From positions 96,001 to 160,000 of the forward strand of contig JBMNFY010000008.1 of the NCBI GenBank assembly GCA_050949565.1: a stretch of 64,000 nucleotides of DNA, in the 5' to 3' direction. Below the pieces are notes generated by a model, which was not told the DNA's origin, ran no database searches, and saw only the letters and a list, made by a program, of their open reading frames with translations. Origin of the DNA: Kiritimatiellia bacterium (GTDB lineage: Bacteria; Verrucomicrobiota; Kiritimatiellia; RFP12; UBA1067). The first letter of the stretch is position 1. Every line of letters begins with the position of its first letter. A program made the position numbers and the translations under genes. This document shows, piece by piece, positions 17,191 through 27,900 of this stretch.

Positions 17191-18660
17191 ATGGGCGGCA
17201 TCATCCTGATCCTGATCGTATCCTTTCTTGTCCTGCTGCTGATGAACGCGCCGGTCGCAGTCGCGATCGCGGTTTCGTCGCTGCTGGCGATCCTCGCCAA
17301 CGGCGGCGACGCTGCCTACACGGTGGCACAGCGCATGGCCAACGGCGTGGATAGCTTCCCGCTGCTGGCGATCCCCTTCTTTGTCTTTTCCGGTTATCTG
17401 ATGGGGCGCGGCGGTCTGGCGCGCCGCTTGATCGACTTCGCCGCGCTGATCGTCGGACGCCTGCCCGGCGGACTCGGCTACGTCAACACCCTCACCTGCA
17501 TGCTGTTCGGCTCGATCTCCGGTTCGGCGGCGGCGGCGGTCTCCTCGATCGGCGGCTTCATGATCCCCGAAATGAACCGCAAGGGATATGACCGCGACTT
17601 CAACGTGGCCCTGACCGCCACGGCGGCGACCACCGGACTGCTGATCCCGCCATCGAACTCCATGATCGTCTACTCGGTGTCCGCAGGCTCGGTGTCGATC
17701 GCGGCGATGTTCATGGCCGGCATCCTGCCCGGTATTCTCGTGGGCGTCTGTATCATGATCGCGGCCGGCATAATTGCCGCAAAGAAAGGTTACGGTCAAA
17801 CCCCTTCTGCAGAAGGTGAATTAACGACAGTCATTGCACCCCAAAAGGTGATCACGGCCATTGCGTTGGTTGTTGCCGTACTTGTCGCTATCGTGCTAAC
17901 ACGTAAGGGGGTGCTCGACTTATCGTTCACGTTGGGAACCACTACGATATCTACAGGATTTGTTCTTTTTGTCGTCTTTTCTGTCTTGTTCTGTGTTGTG
18001 TTCACTGCATTCCGTCGTGCATTCCCCAGCTTGCTGATGATCGTGATTATCATCGGCGGTATTCTGCGGGGCATCTTCACGGCCACGGAGGCCGCCGCCG
18101 TTTCTGTCGCCTACGCCTTCGTGCTGTGCGTGCTGATCTATCGCGAGATCCCTTGGAAGGATCTGCCGGGCATCTGCCTGCAAACCGGCATCACCACGGC
18201 CGTCGTGATGCTGCTGATCGGATCATCCAGCGCGATGTCGTGGATCATGACCGTGACCAACATCCCGCAGTCCGTCTCGGCCTCGCTGATGAGCCTTTCG
18301 GAGAATCCGGTCATCATCCTGCTCACGATCAACGCGCTGTTGCTGGTGGTCGGCATGTTCATGGACATGACGCCCGCCATTCTGATCTTCACGCCGATCC
18401 TGCTGCCGGTGGTGCGTCAACTCGGGCTATCGGACATCCACTTCGGCATCATCCTGATCGCCAACCTCTGCATCGGTCTCTGCACGCCGCCGGTGGGCAC
18501 CTGCCTCTTCATCGGCTGCGGCGTGGGCAAGACGACGATCGCCAAAGTGACCGTCAAGGCCGTGCCCTTCTTCTTGGCGATGCTGGTGGCGCTGATGCTG
18601 ATCATCTACATCCCCTGGATCTCGCTGGCGATTCCTAAGGCTTTGGGGATGCTGAAGTGA
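17191..18660 (+). CDS. dctM: TRAP transporter large permease
   Basis: FPLLAIPFF, GSISGS, LIPPS, TATEAA and TPPVG motifs. Confidence 0.95.
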   Translation: MGGIILILIVSFLVLLLMNAPVAVAIAVSSLLAILANGGDAAYTVAQRMANGVDSFPLLAIPFFVFSGYLMGRGGLARRLIDFAALIVGRLPGGLGYVNTLTCMLFGSISGSAAAAVSSIGGFMIPEMNRKGYDRDFNVALTATAATTGLLIPPSNSMIVYSVSAGSVSIAAMFMAGILPGILVGVCIMIAAGIIAAKKGYGQTPSAEGELTTVIAPQKVITAIALVVAVLVAIVLTRKGVLDLSFTLGTTTISTGFVLFVVFSVLFCVVFTAFRRAFPSLLMIVIIIGGILRGIFTATEAAAVSVAYAFVLCVLIYREIPWKDLPGICLQTGITTAVVMLLIGSSSAMSWIMTVTNIPQSVSASLMSLSENPVIILLTINALLLVVGMFMDMTPAILIFTPILLPVVRQLGLSDIHFGIILIANLCIGLCTPPVGTCLFIGCGVGKTTIAKVTVKAVPFFLAMLVALMLIIYIPWISLAIPKALGMLK

Positions 18661-20845
18661 TTTTCCAGCGCAGCAGCCGCACGGTGCTCGCGGCCATGGG
18701 TGCGAGCGGATTGACGCGCTCCCGCCCCGGCTCGGAGGCTGTCTCCAGCGCATAGCCCGGCACCTCCAGCGTGAACGGTGTCACGTTCTGGAGCGGATTC
18801 CAGATCACCACACCGAACCTGTCGCCGGCAGCGAATCCCTTGGCCACGAGGTCCTTGCCGGTCAGAGTGAAACCTTGGCTATCCACGAAACGGCCGTGCC
18901 AGAAAAACGCGGCATTTTCGCGCTGAAAATCAATCGCCTCTTTCAAATAACGTGCAGCTTCGACGGGCAGCGTGGCTCGCATCATCGCCACGTCCGGCTT
19001 GTTGACCACATGCACGTAGTCATCCGATTCGGGCACGCGATCCTCACGCAAGTAAGTCGCGTCTGGACCGTAGCGGGACTCGATTTCGTAGCGCATCCCG
19101 TATACGCAGGTGTAGTTCACCATGTCGCGATCCATCATTGGCGTCGGCACACGTATCGTGCTCATCACCTCAGGAAAGACGGTGCGGAAAAGCTCCGGGA
19201 AAGGATCCGCAACCCGGCTGGCGCGCAAGCGCACCAGCATTTCAGATGCGGATGTACGGTACGTGCCCAGCGTGCAACCGTGGAACATCGAGATCGCATC
19301 CAACGCGCAGTCGTGCAACCCTTCGGTCATCACAATGAAGTCGGGGTTGATCTGGCGCATGTGGTCGGCGATACGCTTCAGAAAAACAGGCCGTTCGACC
19401 TCATGCGCCATGCTGGGAACCGGGTGGCCGTGGCCTTCGCCGTAACAGGCCATCGGCGCCATCATCCCCAACTGGTCGTAGAGGATGCCGTCCGCCCCCA
19501 ACTCATTGGCCTGTATGGCCAGCGACAACATGCGGTCATACCACGCCTGCGCATAAAGGCACCCCAAATCAAAGCGGTAGACCGGGATATTACGGTATTT
19601 GTGATAGGTGTGCTGGTAGGTCGTGCCGTCGCGCCGCGTGATCGCGATGTCCTTGCCGACCGTGCGCCAGAACTCGGTGGCCTCGCGTTCCTGAAGTTGG
19701 CCGTTGGCATAGATGATCGTACGTTTGCCCCGCCGCTTGGCCTCTTTCAATCCCTTCTTCAACGCCTCCACGCCGCCCATCTCGGGACAGGGGATATAAT
19801 CGGGATACAGGTGGTCGTGACCGCCATGCGCCCAGCCGAACAGGCCGAGAATATCCAGCCCGCGGGCGTCGGCCACGTCGCACAACTTATCCAGCGAGGT
19901 GTAGGGCCACATGATCTCGCCATTCTGCTGTTTCAAGATGCAGAGCAGCCAGCCCGACGTATCACGCGCCCACGCCGGCACGTCACGCAGTTTTTTGACC
20001 GAATCGAACCAAGTGCGATAAAGACGCGCCGCCGCATGCCAAGAACCCGCGTACGGCTGGACCACAACCGGCGCCAACGCCACGCTTTCACCGCTGCGGC
20101 AGAAAAAGTCATGACGCACCGCCATGCCGAAGCGCTTCGAACTAGGGTCATACCGCAGACTCAGTTGCTTGGCGCGATGCAGCGGATCATGGCTGCCGAC
20201 ATAAAGGCCTCCCTCGCGGCCCGCGAGTGCAAACCACTGCATGGTGCCGCGCACACCCGGATAGACCACGCTCGCTTCATAGTTGTTGCCCAGTCGTTGC
20301 CACTCTCTCTGCTTCTCATCAGGCGCCGGAACGCGATTGATCCGCTTGCCGAACCCTTCCGGCAACAACGCAGGAGTTCGGGACAGATCCGTAGCGATCC
20401 CGTTCAGCACCGGCCCCGTGAAGCCGGTGAGCAGCCAGCCATGCGCCGAGTTCGTGACCGACCCCGACATCGTGAAAGCGTCACCGGACCCGCGAATCTC
20501 CAGCGTGAGCCCGATCTTGAACACGCGCCCACCATCCGTCAACGTGTCGTAGACCAGCCGCACGCCGTCCGGCAACTTCTCCCATCGTGGCGCGCCCTGC
20601 TGAGCGTCGGTGATCACCACCCCCTGCCCATGCACAGCCGGCACAGCATGCGGCTCCAGCAGCAATGCCCAGAACGGCTCGCCGGTCGCTTGGCTCGCCG
20701 GACACGCCGCCACCGACGGCGTCAGACTGAGTCCATTGGTGTCTACCAACAACGTGCTTTTACCCGCCGTGACGGAAAATCCGCCATCCGCCAACAAGCC
20801 GAGCGCACACACGCCCGCCGACAACATCCCCACGATTCTCTTCAT
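18635..20845 (-). CDS. Secreted putative glycoside hydrolase (DUF6259-like TIM barrel)
   Basis: Signal peptide with GGAGA RBS; GWAHGGHDHLYPDY, GADGILYDQ and TEG motifs. Confidence 0.7.
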   Translation of the reverse strand: MKRIVGMLSAGVCALGLLADGGFSVTAGKSTLLVDTNGLSLTPSVAACPASQATGEPFWALLLEPHAVPAVHGQGVVITDAQQGAPRWEKLPDGVRLVYDTLTDGGRVFKIGLTLEIRGSGDAFTMSGSVTNSAHGWLLTGFTGPVLNGIATDLSRTPALLPEGFGKRINRVPAPDEKQREWQRLGNNYEASVVYPGVRGTMQWFALAGREGGLYVGSHDPLHRAKQLSLRYDPSSKRFGMAVRHDFFCRSGESVALAPVVVQPYAGSWHAAARLYRTWFDSVKKLRDVPAWARDTSGWLLCILKQQNGEIMWPYTSLDKLCDVADARGLDILGLFGWAHGGHDHLYPDYIPCPEMGGVEALKKGLKEAKRRGKRTIIYANGQLQEREATEFWRTVGKDIAITRRDGTTYQHTYHKYRNIPVYRFDLGCLYAQAWYDRMLSLAIQANELGADGILYDQLGMMAPMACYGEGHGHPVPSMAHEVERPVFLKRIADHMRQINPDFIVMTEGLHDCALDAISMFHGCTLGTYRTSASEMLVRLRASRVADPFPELFRTVFPEVMSTIRVPTPMMDRDMVNYTCVYGMRYEIESRYGPDATYLREDRVPESDDYVHVVNKPDVAMMRATLPVEAARYLKEAIDFQRENAAFFWHGRFVDSQGFTLTGKDLVAKGFAAGDRFGVVIWNPLQNVTPFTLEVPGYALETASEPGRERVNPLAPMAASTVRLLRWKITSASPKP

Positions 20846-20860
20846 ATTCGTCTCCTTCAC

Positions 20861-20950
20861 CTTTACCTTTACTTGAGAGTTGAGCGTTGAAAGTTGAGCG
20901 TTCCCCACTTCGGCGGCGTTCTGAGTTCTGCGTTCTGCGTTCGACGTTCA
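20861..20950. repeat. Heptamer arrays (GAGTTGA/GCGTTGA and GCGTTCT families)
   Basis: ACTTGAGAGTTGAGCGTTGAAAGTTGAGCGTT and ACTTCGGCGGCGTTCTGAGTTCTGCGTTCTGCGTTCGACGTTC. Confidence 0.85.
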
Positions 20951-20959
20951 CCACTCCGT

Positions 20960-23900
20960 TCAGCGTATCGAAAGCAACGTACCGGTCGGCGTGGCCAGCC
21001 GGATCTGCTTCGCCTCCGTATCCACAATGACCGTCGTTTGAGTGCGTCCGCCGCGCACCTCCCAGACCGCACCGTGATCGTCCAGCAGGCCGCTCCACGT
21101 CATCACCACACCATAAGCGGCGGGATTCGCAACGGCACTGTCGATCTCTATGACCACAGTGTCGGCAGGCAGACTCAGCGTACCGCTCACCGCGAGCGGC
21201 GTGTGCGAGCCGTCCGCCCCGTATGCCCAGCGGCAGACACCCCCCGCTTCAAAGGTCAGGTTCTCTACCGTCAAGGCCGCATCGGTCGCCGTGGCGATCA
21301 CACCGTCCGCGCCGACCACTAACGTGCCGGTCACCGCGCCCGCGCCGGTGAAGCACTGCTCGGGTTCAATGCGCGTAACGCCTGCGGCGGTTTTGAATGT
21401 CGCGCCGGCGTCGATCTGCACGACGCGGCTGGCCAGCACCGGCGCACCCGACCCGGGATCCCTCAGATAGCCGTATGTCTCCGCGCCGTATTTGCGCGCC
21501 AGCGCCAATCCCAATGCGTTCTGCTGTTCCGGTGTAAACGCCGTCTGATAGTGGTGGATCTCGGCGATGTCGACGCGGGCGCAGGTCCTTTCGGTCGCAC
21601 CCAACATACAGCGGGTTCTTGCGCGCGCGGCGGTGTGAACTTGCGCCGTATCGTATTTCACCGAACGCCAGCCGTCCACGTTCATCGTCACATTCGAGCC
21701 ATTCTGCCAGACATAGATCAGCACATGCGGCTCGCCGTCATTCAGATTGCGTGGAGCGCCCCAAGCGTTCAGGAAGTTGCCACCGCTGCCAATGCAGGCC
21801 CCCGCGCGTCCGTAAGCATTATAGGCGATCCCCCACCAGTTTGCATCGTACACCTGGCCGATGATCCCGGCGGTACCGGAGCGCCAGTCATTCGCGTAGC
21901 CGCCGACGCCAACACCCTCACTGCGCATCACCACCGCCACGGTCAGGTTGGTGGCTCCGGAGGTCGGTGTGGTTTGGACACCGGTTATAGCCATCGCGTC
22001 TGTAATACCGTTGAACGAGGCCACGCGGTAACCATTCATCAGCGTCGTGCCAATGGTCGGCGCATCAAACGTCCGCGGAGGGTTTTGGTTGTTGCCAATC
22101 GCAGTCGCCAGCGACGCCGAAAACTTCCACACGCCGTTGGTGCTCGGCCAATCGGTCAGTTCGGCGCCGGGCGCGCCGGTCAAGGTGTCGGGCGACCACA
22201 CCGCCGGTGAATCCGGTATCAGCGCAGGTACGCCCCCGCCACTCGCTGTATAGGTCGCGCCATAGGTCTCCGCCAACAACGCTCCGAGTTCATCCTGTTC
22301 AGCATCAGAGAGCGCGGCGTTTTTGTAAAACCGGATCTCCGCGATGTCGCCGTCAAAGCCGAGACCATTCTCATTCGAGCCCATCAATATGCGGGTCTGG
22401 GCCAGCACATTTCCGGGCACTGCGTCGGTCAACCGTGTGCGTGCACCGTCGACGTTGACCGTGAGTTCCGCTCCTCGCGTCCATGTGTAGATCATCACAT
22501 GCGGCTGGTTGTCGACCACATTGGTGGTGCCATCCCAGACCGCTGTCCAGGCCGCCTCGGTGCTGGGAGTAACGCCGGAACCGACCGCACCGTTCTGATT
22601 GACCGCCAGCGCCCAGAGCCCCGCCCCTGATCCCGCCATCTGCGAACCGACGATACCAGCCGCATTCGTGATCTGCGAACCGTCGCCTTGGCCCGGACCA
22701 CGCGGACGCACGACCGCCGCGACCGTCAGCCGGCTCGCCCCACCCACCGGCGTTGTAGCCAATATACCGCTCATCCCCAGCGCATCGGTGCCGCCATTAA
22801 AACGCACTGCCTTATGGCCATTCATCGTCTCGGGCGCGAGGATCGGTGCCGTTGCGGTCGATCGTATCGCGACCGCCAACGCATGTGTGAAGTTCCAATA
22901 CGATTCGCCCAGCGCACAAGGCCACTCCGTAACTGTCCCGCCGGGCGACACCGCCAGAGTGTCCGCCGTCCAACGAGCGGTCATGACACCGGGGTTTACA
23001 TCAATTTCCAATGTCCCTTCAGCCACCACGGTCTTGCCGGTGTAGGAGTTCACGGCATTGGCCAACACCAGTGTGCCGGCACCGGTCTTGCGCAGGCCGC
23101 CCGATCCATAGAGCGCGCCCAATTGCGTAATGGTGTACGGCGTACCGTCGGTGTCCGCCGCCCGGAAGGTCACCCCGCCGTGGGCATCACTCAGCCGCGT
23201 GTCCGCACGGTTGACGGTGGAGGCGTAAGCACCCAGCGTACCGCCCGAAAACAGCGTCTCATACCACGCGGTCGCGCACTCCTGAGGAATCCCGGAAACC
23301 CGGTTCCAGACCGCATGCGGGCCGATGCCCGATGATCCGACCGTCACCTCGCCGCCGCTCAGGGTAAAACGCGCGTAGCCGTTCGTCACATTCCATGCAC
23401 GGTCCCGCACAGCGTCAGTACTGCCGAAACTAATTTGTGCCGTACGCAGCGATCCGCCGGAAACATTCAACTCGGCGGCAGCGGTCGTCGCCGTTATCCC
23501 TTCACCATCGGTTTTTACAGCGGCCAGGTCAATGCCCCCATACTGGCCGCTGGCACGTACGACCTGCACCTCGCCGCCTCGGACTTCCAGCACACCCGGC
23601 TGGCTTTCTGGACTCGCGAGACCGACATGAAAACGGCGCACGTCCAACATGCCGCCCTCCACCGTGACAGTGCGCGCAGCCGCCGGCCCGTCGCTGCCAA
23701 AGCCCACGTACATCGCGTAGTCCGAAAAGGCGGAACCCTGTGTCTGCGTGTACGATCCCGAATAGAGGTACCACCAGTTTGCTGTGATCTCACCGCCTTC
23801 CATGCGCACATCGTTCTCACGAATGTTGACCCGGCCACGATTTCTGTCTCCTGTCGCCACCGCCCGTGCCAGACGGTCTCCCGTCTTCAGCGACACCGTA

Positions 23901-24606
23901 GACTGCGCGATCTCCGGACTACCCGATACCCGACCGAAAACAAATGTACCGTCGTTGGTCACACTGCCTGAGGCAAAGCTCTGCCGCCACTCGGTCGCCA
24001 CCGGCTTGTTGACCAACAGCATGCCGCCGCTGCTGACTGAAACCGCACCGCTCACCACGGCGTTCGATCGGACATGTACACCCGCCGCCACATTCATGCC
24101 GCCGGACATCGTCAGCGGATCGTAGAACGCGAACCATCCAGACTGCAGCGTTAAGGGCCCCGTCCCTTCCACCGGCCGCCAGAAATAACTACCACCCCCA
24201 GGCGCCAACCACGTCTGGGGAGCCGTCAGGGTGATCGGCACATCAAAGGAGACCTGATTGTCCCATAACCTTTCGACGCGAGATCCATGCCGCCTGCGCC
24301 GAGCGAGAGCCGCGAACCATCATTGGTCACGCTCATGTCTCCGACGCGGTTCGTCACCCGGATGCCGCCCCAGACCACATCCCCGCCCAGGCCGTACACC
24401 CAGTTGGTGGCGGTAGGCGTCGCCTCGCCGTCAAAAAGCGCCGTGTCGTCGGCACCCGGCGCCACACCGCCGACCCAACTCGAACCGAGCGCGAGCGCAT
24501 CCGTGTTATCCGCTTTCTGAATTTCCGCGGCATGGGCGGCCATCGCCAACATGCTCACGAGACCAACCGCCAGACCCGCCTTCACTCCCACTGTCCTGCT
24601 TTTCAT
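20960..24606 (-). pseudogene. Large secreted protein with an autotransporter-associated beta-strand repeat and two LamG-like domains; split by one frameshift near 24262
   Basis: ORF 24606-24226 (signal peptide) joins ORF 24241-20960 if one G is restored in TAT-GGG-(G)AC-AAT; GGLRKTGAGTLVL..NSYTGKTVVAEGTL repeat; FDGDIAEIRFY. May be an assembly indel. Confidence 0.75.
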
Positions 24607-24651
24607 ACCCGTCTCCTTTCATTGCAACGGCAACCGCCGCATTACACTTTA

Positions 24652-24752
24652 GAGGCTCTTGCAAAACCCCTCGTGGCATGGGCGTCCCGCCCATGAAACA
24701 CGGGCAAGATGCCCGTGCCACACCTGTAGGCAAGGGGTTTTGCAAGACCCTC
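24652..24752. mobile_element. 101-bp MITE with 19-bp TIRs and a TTTA target duplication, carrying a REP-like doublet
   Basis: GAGGCTCTTGCAAAACCCC ... GGGGTTTTGCAAGACCCTC flanked by TTTA on both sides; the paralogous promoter near 29920 lacks it. Confidence 0.8.
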
Positions 24753-24799
24753 TTTAGGAACATATGGTAAGCGTAAGCAACATTCTACGAGCTCGCAAC

Positions 24800-24841
24800 C
24801 TCGATTTTCCGAACTGGATGCTCGATTTTCGGAACTGGATA
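24800..24841. promoter_or_regulatory. 21-bp direct repeat pair, candidate AraC/XylR operator
   Basis: CTCGATTTTCCGAACTGGATG / CTCGATTTTCGGAACTGGATA between divergent genes; XylR-type gene nearby. Confidence 0.5.
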
Positions 24842-24992
24842 GAGAGCGCGGCACACGCATCATGATGGTTCTCACCTCTTGGCATCTCCATGTGCGCACG
24901 AAAGGCGCACGAAAGGAATTGCATGTGTGTCCCATTTGTGGTACGCGACGCCTACACGTATGTCGAAGCCGGAGATGAACAAGGGGGAGGCG

Positions 24993-27900
24993 ATGCAAGT
25001 TCAGACAACTTTTGTTGGCATGGTCAAGTCGGGACGATTTTTGTTCCGTGTCTTTCTGGCGATTTTTTTTGTTTTGCCGCTCGGCGCGGCTGAAAGCCGA
25101 ATGACGTTTCCCGCGGTAGCCCGCTTCGTCGTCTGTGACGATGGAACCGTTGATTTCGGAATCGCGGCCGATACTGGGGCGCTGAGATATTACCGGGTTG
25201 AAAAAAAGTCCCCTCTGATCGAATATTTCAGCCTGAGCGAGGGCACCCTTGCTCAGGTCGGGTTCGCCAAAGGTCAATGGAAATACGGATGGACAGAGGG
25301 GAAGCTTCAAGTGAACTCGGGCAGGGTGGCACCGGACTCGATCGGCGGGGAGCGGGATGCACTGGGCGGCCGTCCCGTCATTCAGCCTGCGACCGTCGCG
25401 ACAGAAAACGGCGCGGCGGAGTTTGAAATCCGAGGCAAGCTGCTGTCAGATTGGACTGAAACCGTGTCTTTCTCGAACAGCCCGTCGGGACGGTCGCTTT
25501 CTGTTCGCTGCAAACGTCCGGTACCTCTTGAGAAGCCGGAAGGCGTGTCCTTTTCAGTCAAGTTCATGCGTTGGATAAATGAGCAGGATGTCCATTTCAC
25601 AGCGGTTTTCTCCGACGGACGCAGGGAGGCACTCCCGCCGGAAAAGGCGGTCGCCGCCGCGAAGGTGCTGGTCTCCTTCTCACAGATCGGGCGTAGGCTC
25701 GAACTGGCGGCGGCGAAGGCCGTGTCTGTCTCGCTCAGTAAAAACATCCGGCCCGTAGGGGGCAGCGTTCTTGTTTTTGACATGGGCGGTTCGAGCGATT
25801 TCGAGATTGACGTTCTCGATGTCGAGACGGCTATCACGAGACAGGCCGGAAACCTGAAGGTGGGCGTCAACAGGGACAACGGGACATCCTACGTTACATC
25901 CGGTGCCATGCCGCTGGTGAGCCTGGAGGCGTTCGAGCAGGACGAGACCCAAGCCCTGTCGGGCACTGTCGCCCGATCCGGCTGGACTGTCGAAGGAGGC
26001 GGAGACCCGGATCTCACCGTGAAGGCGTCGGGCAAGATCGTAAATGACTGGTCGGAGTCGATAAGTTTGACCCATGACACCGTTTCCTACGTCTTCGAGA
26101 CTTCCGGCAAAGGCGGCGGCGGTGTGCGCTTGAAGTTCCCCTACTGGCTTGTCGGTAGCTCCTGTGAAACCGTCCCGCCGGACGACAGCACGCGGCAGAC
26201 GGCATCCGGCGGCATCCCGCTGAGGATCGGAGCCGATATGCCGTTCGGCGAATTTCAAAAAGGATCTGGCTTGCTTGTCTGGCTCACGAACACTGAACAG
26301 TTGCACGTCAAATTCGATTCGCCCTGCGCGGTCATGTCTTACCGGGGCTTGAGGGGATGCCAAAAAGAACGTGTAGTCCCGGTGTCCCTGCATTCTTTCC
26401 CGCCCGGAGGTCTTGAGCTGTGGCCGCTGTCCAAGGAGCCTCTGAAGTTCACTCTGGAATACAGACAGGACAGTCGGCAAGAAATGTCTGTTGCGGAGTT
26501 GGAAAAGGCGGCACCTTACCAAACGAACGACTCCGTCCGCATTTCCCTTTCGGACTCAGGCGCCCTTGTCGTCAGCCCCTGGTGGGAGGTCTTTCACGAC
26601 AGGCAGACGGGCGGTCTGCTATCGAGCGTAAAGTTCAAAGGGGGTTCGGGAAAAAACATACTTGCCGCCCCTGAAAAATTTTATCTGATGGCGGACGGTG
26701 CGGAGTTTTCCAGCCTCAACGAAGGTGCCGCCTCCTTCATTGTCGACGGCCGATCCTTGATCGTGAGCGGAAAGCCGACTGCGAGGGACGGCGCGGACTG
26801 CGGTGCATTCTACGTTACGCGTTACGACTATTCTGACGGTTACATCAGACGGACGACGGTGTTTCATCCCGTCAAAGAGACGAAGGTTAACAGGCTTGGC
26901 GTTTTGCGACTCGACTTTATACCCGAACTGGACGAATGCGGATACAAGCCGATTGTCGCCGCCTTTAAAAAGGCCATCTTCCCCGGCCCCCCCATCTCGC
27001 ATGATGAGGGGCTCGGCGGTGGGTTTCTTTCCGTCTTCAAGTCCGGCGCTGAAGGGATGGATTTTGTCCCGGGGCCCGAGAGGAGGCAATGGACTGACCA
27101 AATTCAGGCATCCCCCACAGAAAAGTCCTTCCAGATATCGGGGAATGAATCCGGAGGTGCCTCGATTATCGTTGAACCCTATTCGAGTGCCAACCGACAG
27201 ATTCGGATCAAACAGAGCGTTTGCTTCGACTACTATCTGGGGCTTCCAAAACTGCAGAGAACGTTCCGAAAGCATTACTTCCCCCTCCGTTATCAGTTGT
27301 GGTGGTTCAAGAAAGACTGGGTCAACGACGAGATGATCGCGGATTCAGCAGAAGCAGGTGTGAACCTCGCCATCGACGGCAATTACGGGGCGAACTGGGC
27401 AGGCGAGGCCGTTCCGAAAGAGTTTTCAGAAAAAGAAAGAATGTCTTTTGAGGTGAACAAAAAGCGGGTTGACGCCTGGCATCGGAACGGCGTGAAGGTT
27501 GTCCCCTTCATCGGTAAGGGGTTGTTCAAAGACACGGTTCTTCCAGATCACGACAAGCTGATGCTCTGGTGCATGATGAGAGATGATTTCAAGCCTGCCC
27601 CGACTCCGTGGGGGTATAAGATGTGCCATAGTTCAGGCGACTTCGACAGATATTACAAGAGATTCCTCAGCGAATGGGCAGACGCCCTCCGCCTCGACGG
27701 TTTTTATTTCGACTTTTGCGAGCCGCAGGGGCCTTGCTTCAACTTCAACCATTCGCGATTCGCGCACTCGGACGTTGATGAGTTTATGAACTTCATGCAG
27801 TGGGCGCGTTCCAAATTTGATGTCGTCTACGGCCATACAGGGTACTACCCGACCATCATGTGTGAAAACCTGGTCGACCTCACGTGGGTTGGCGAGGAGA

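Noticed and set aside
24226-24270. Programmed frameshift or phase variation in the beta-strand-repeat gene (and likewise near 35946)
   Set aside because: Both breaks are single missing G at very short G runs with no slippery heptamer; sequencing or assembly indels, or recent inactivation, are more parsimonious. Needs read inspection
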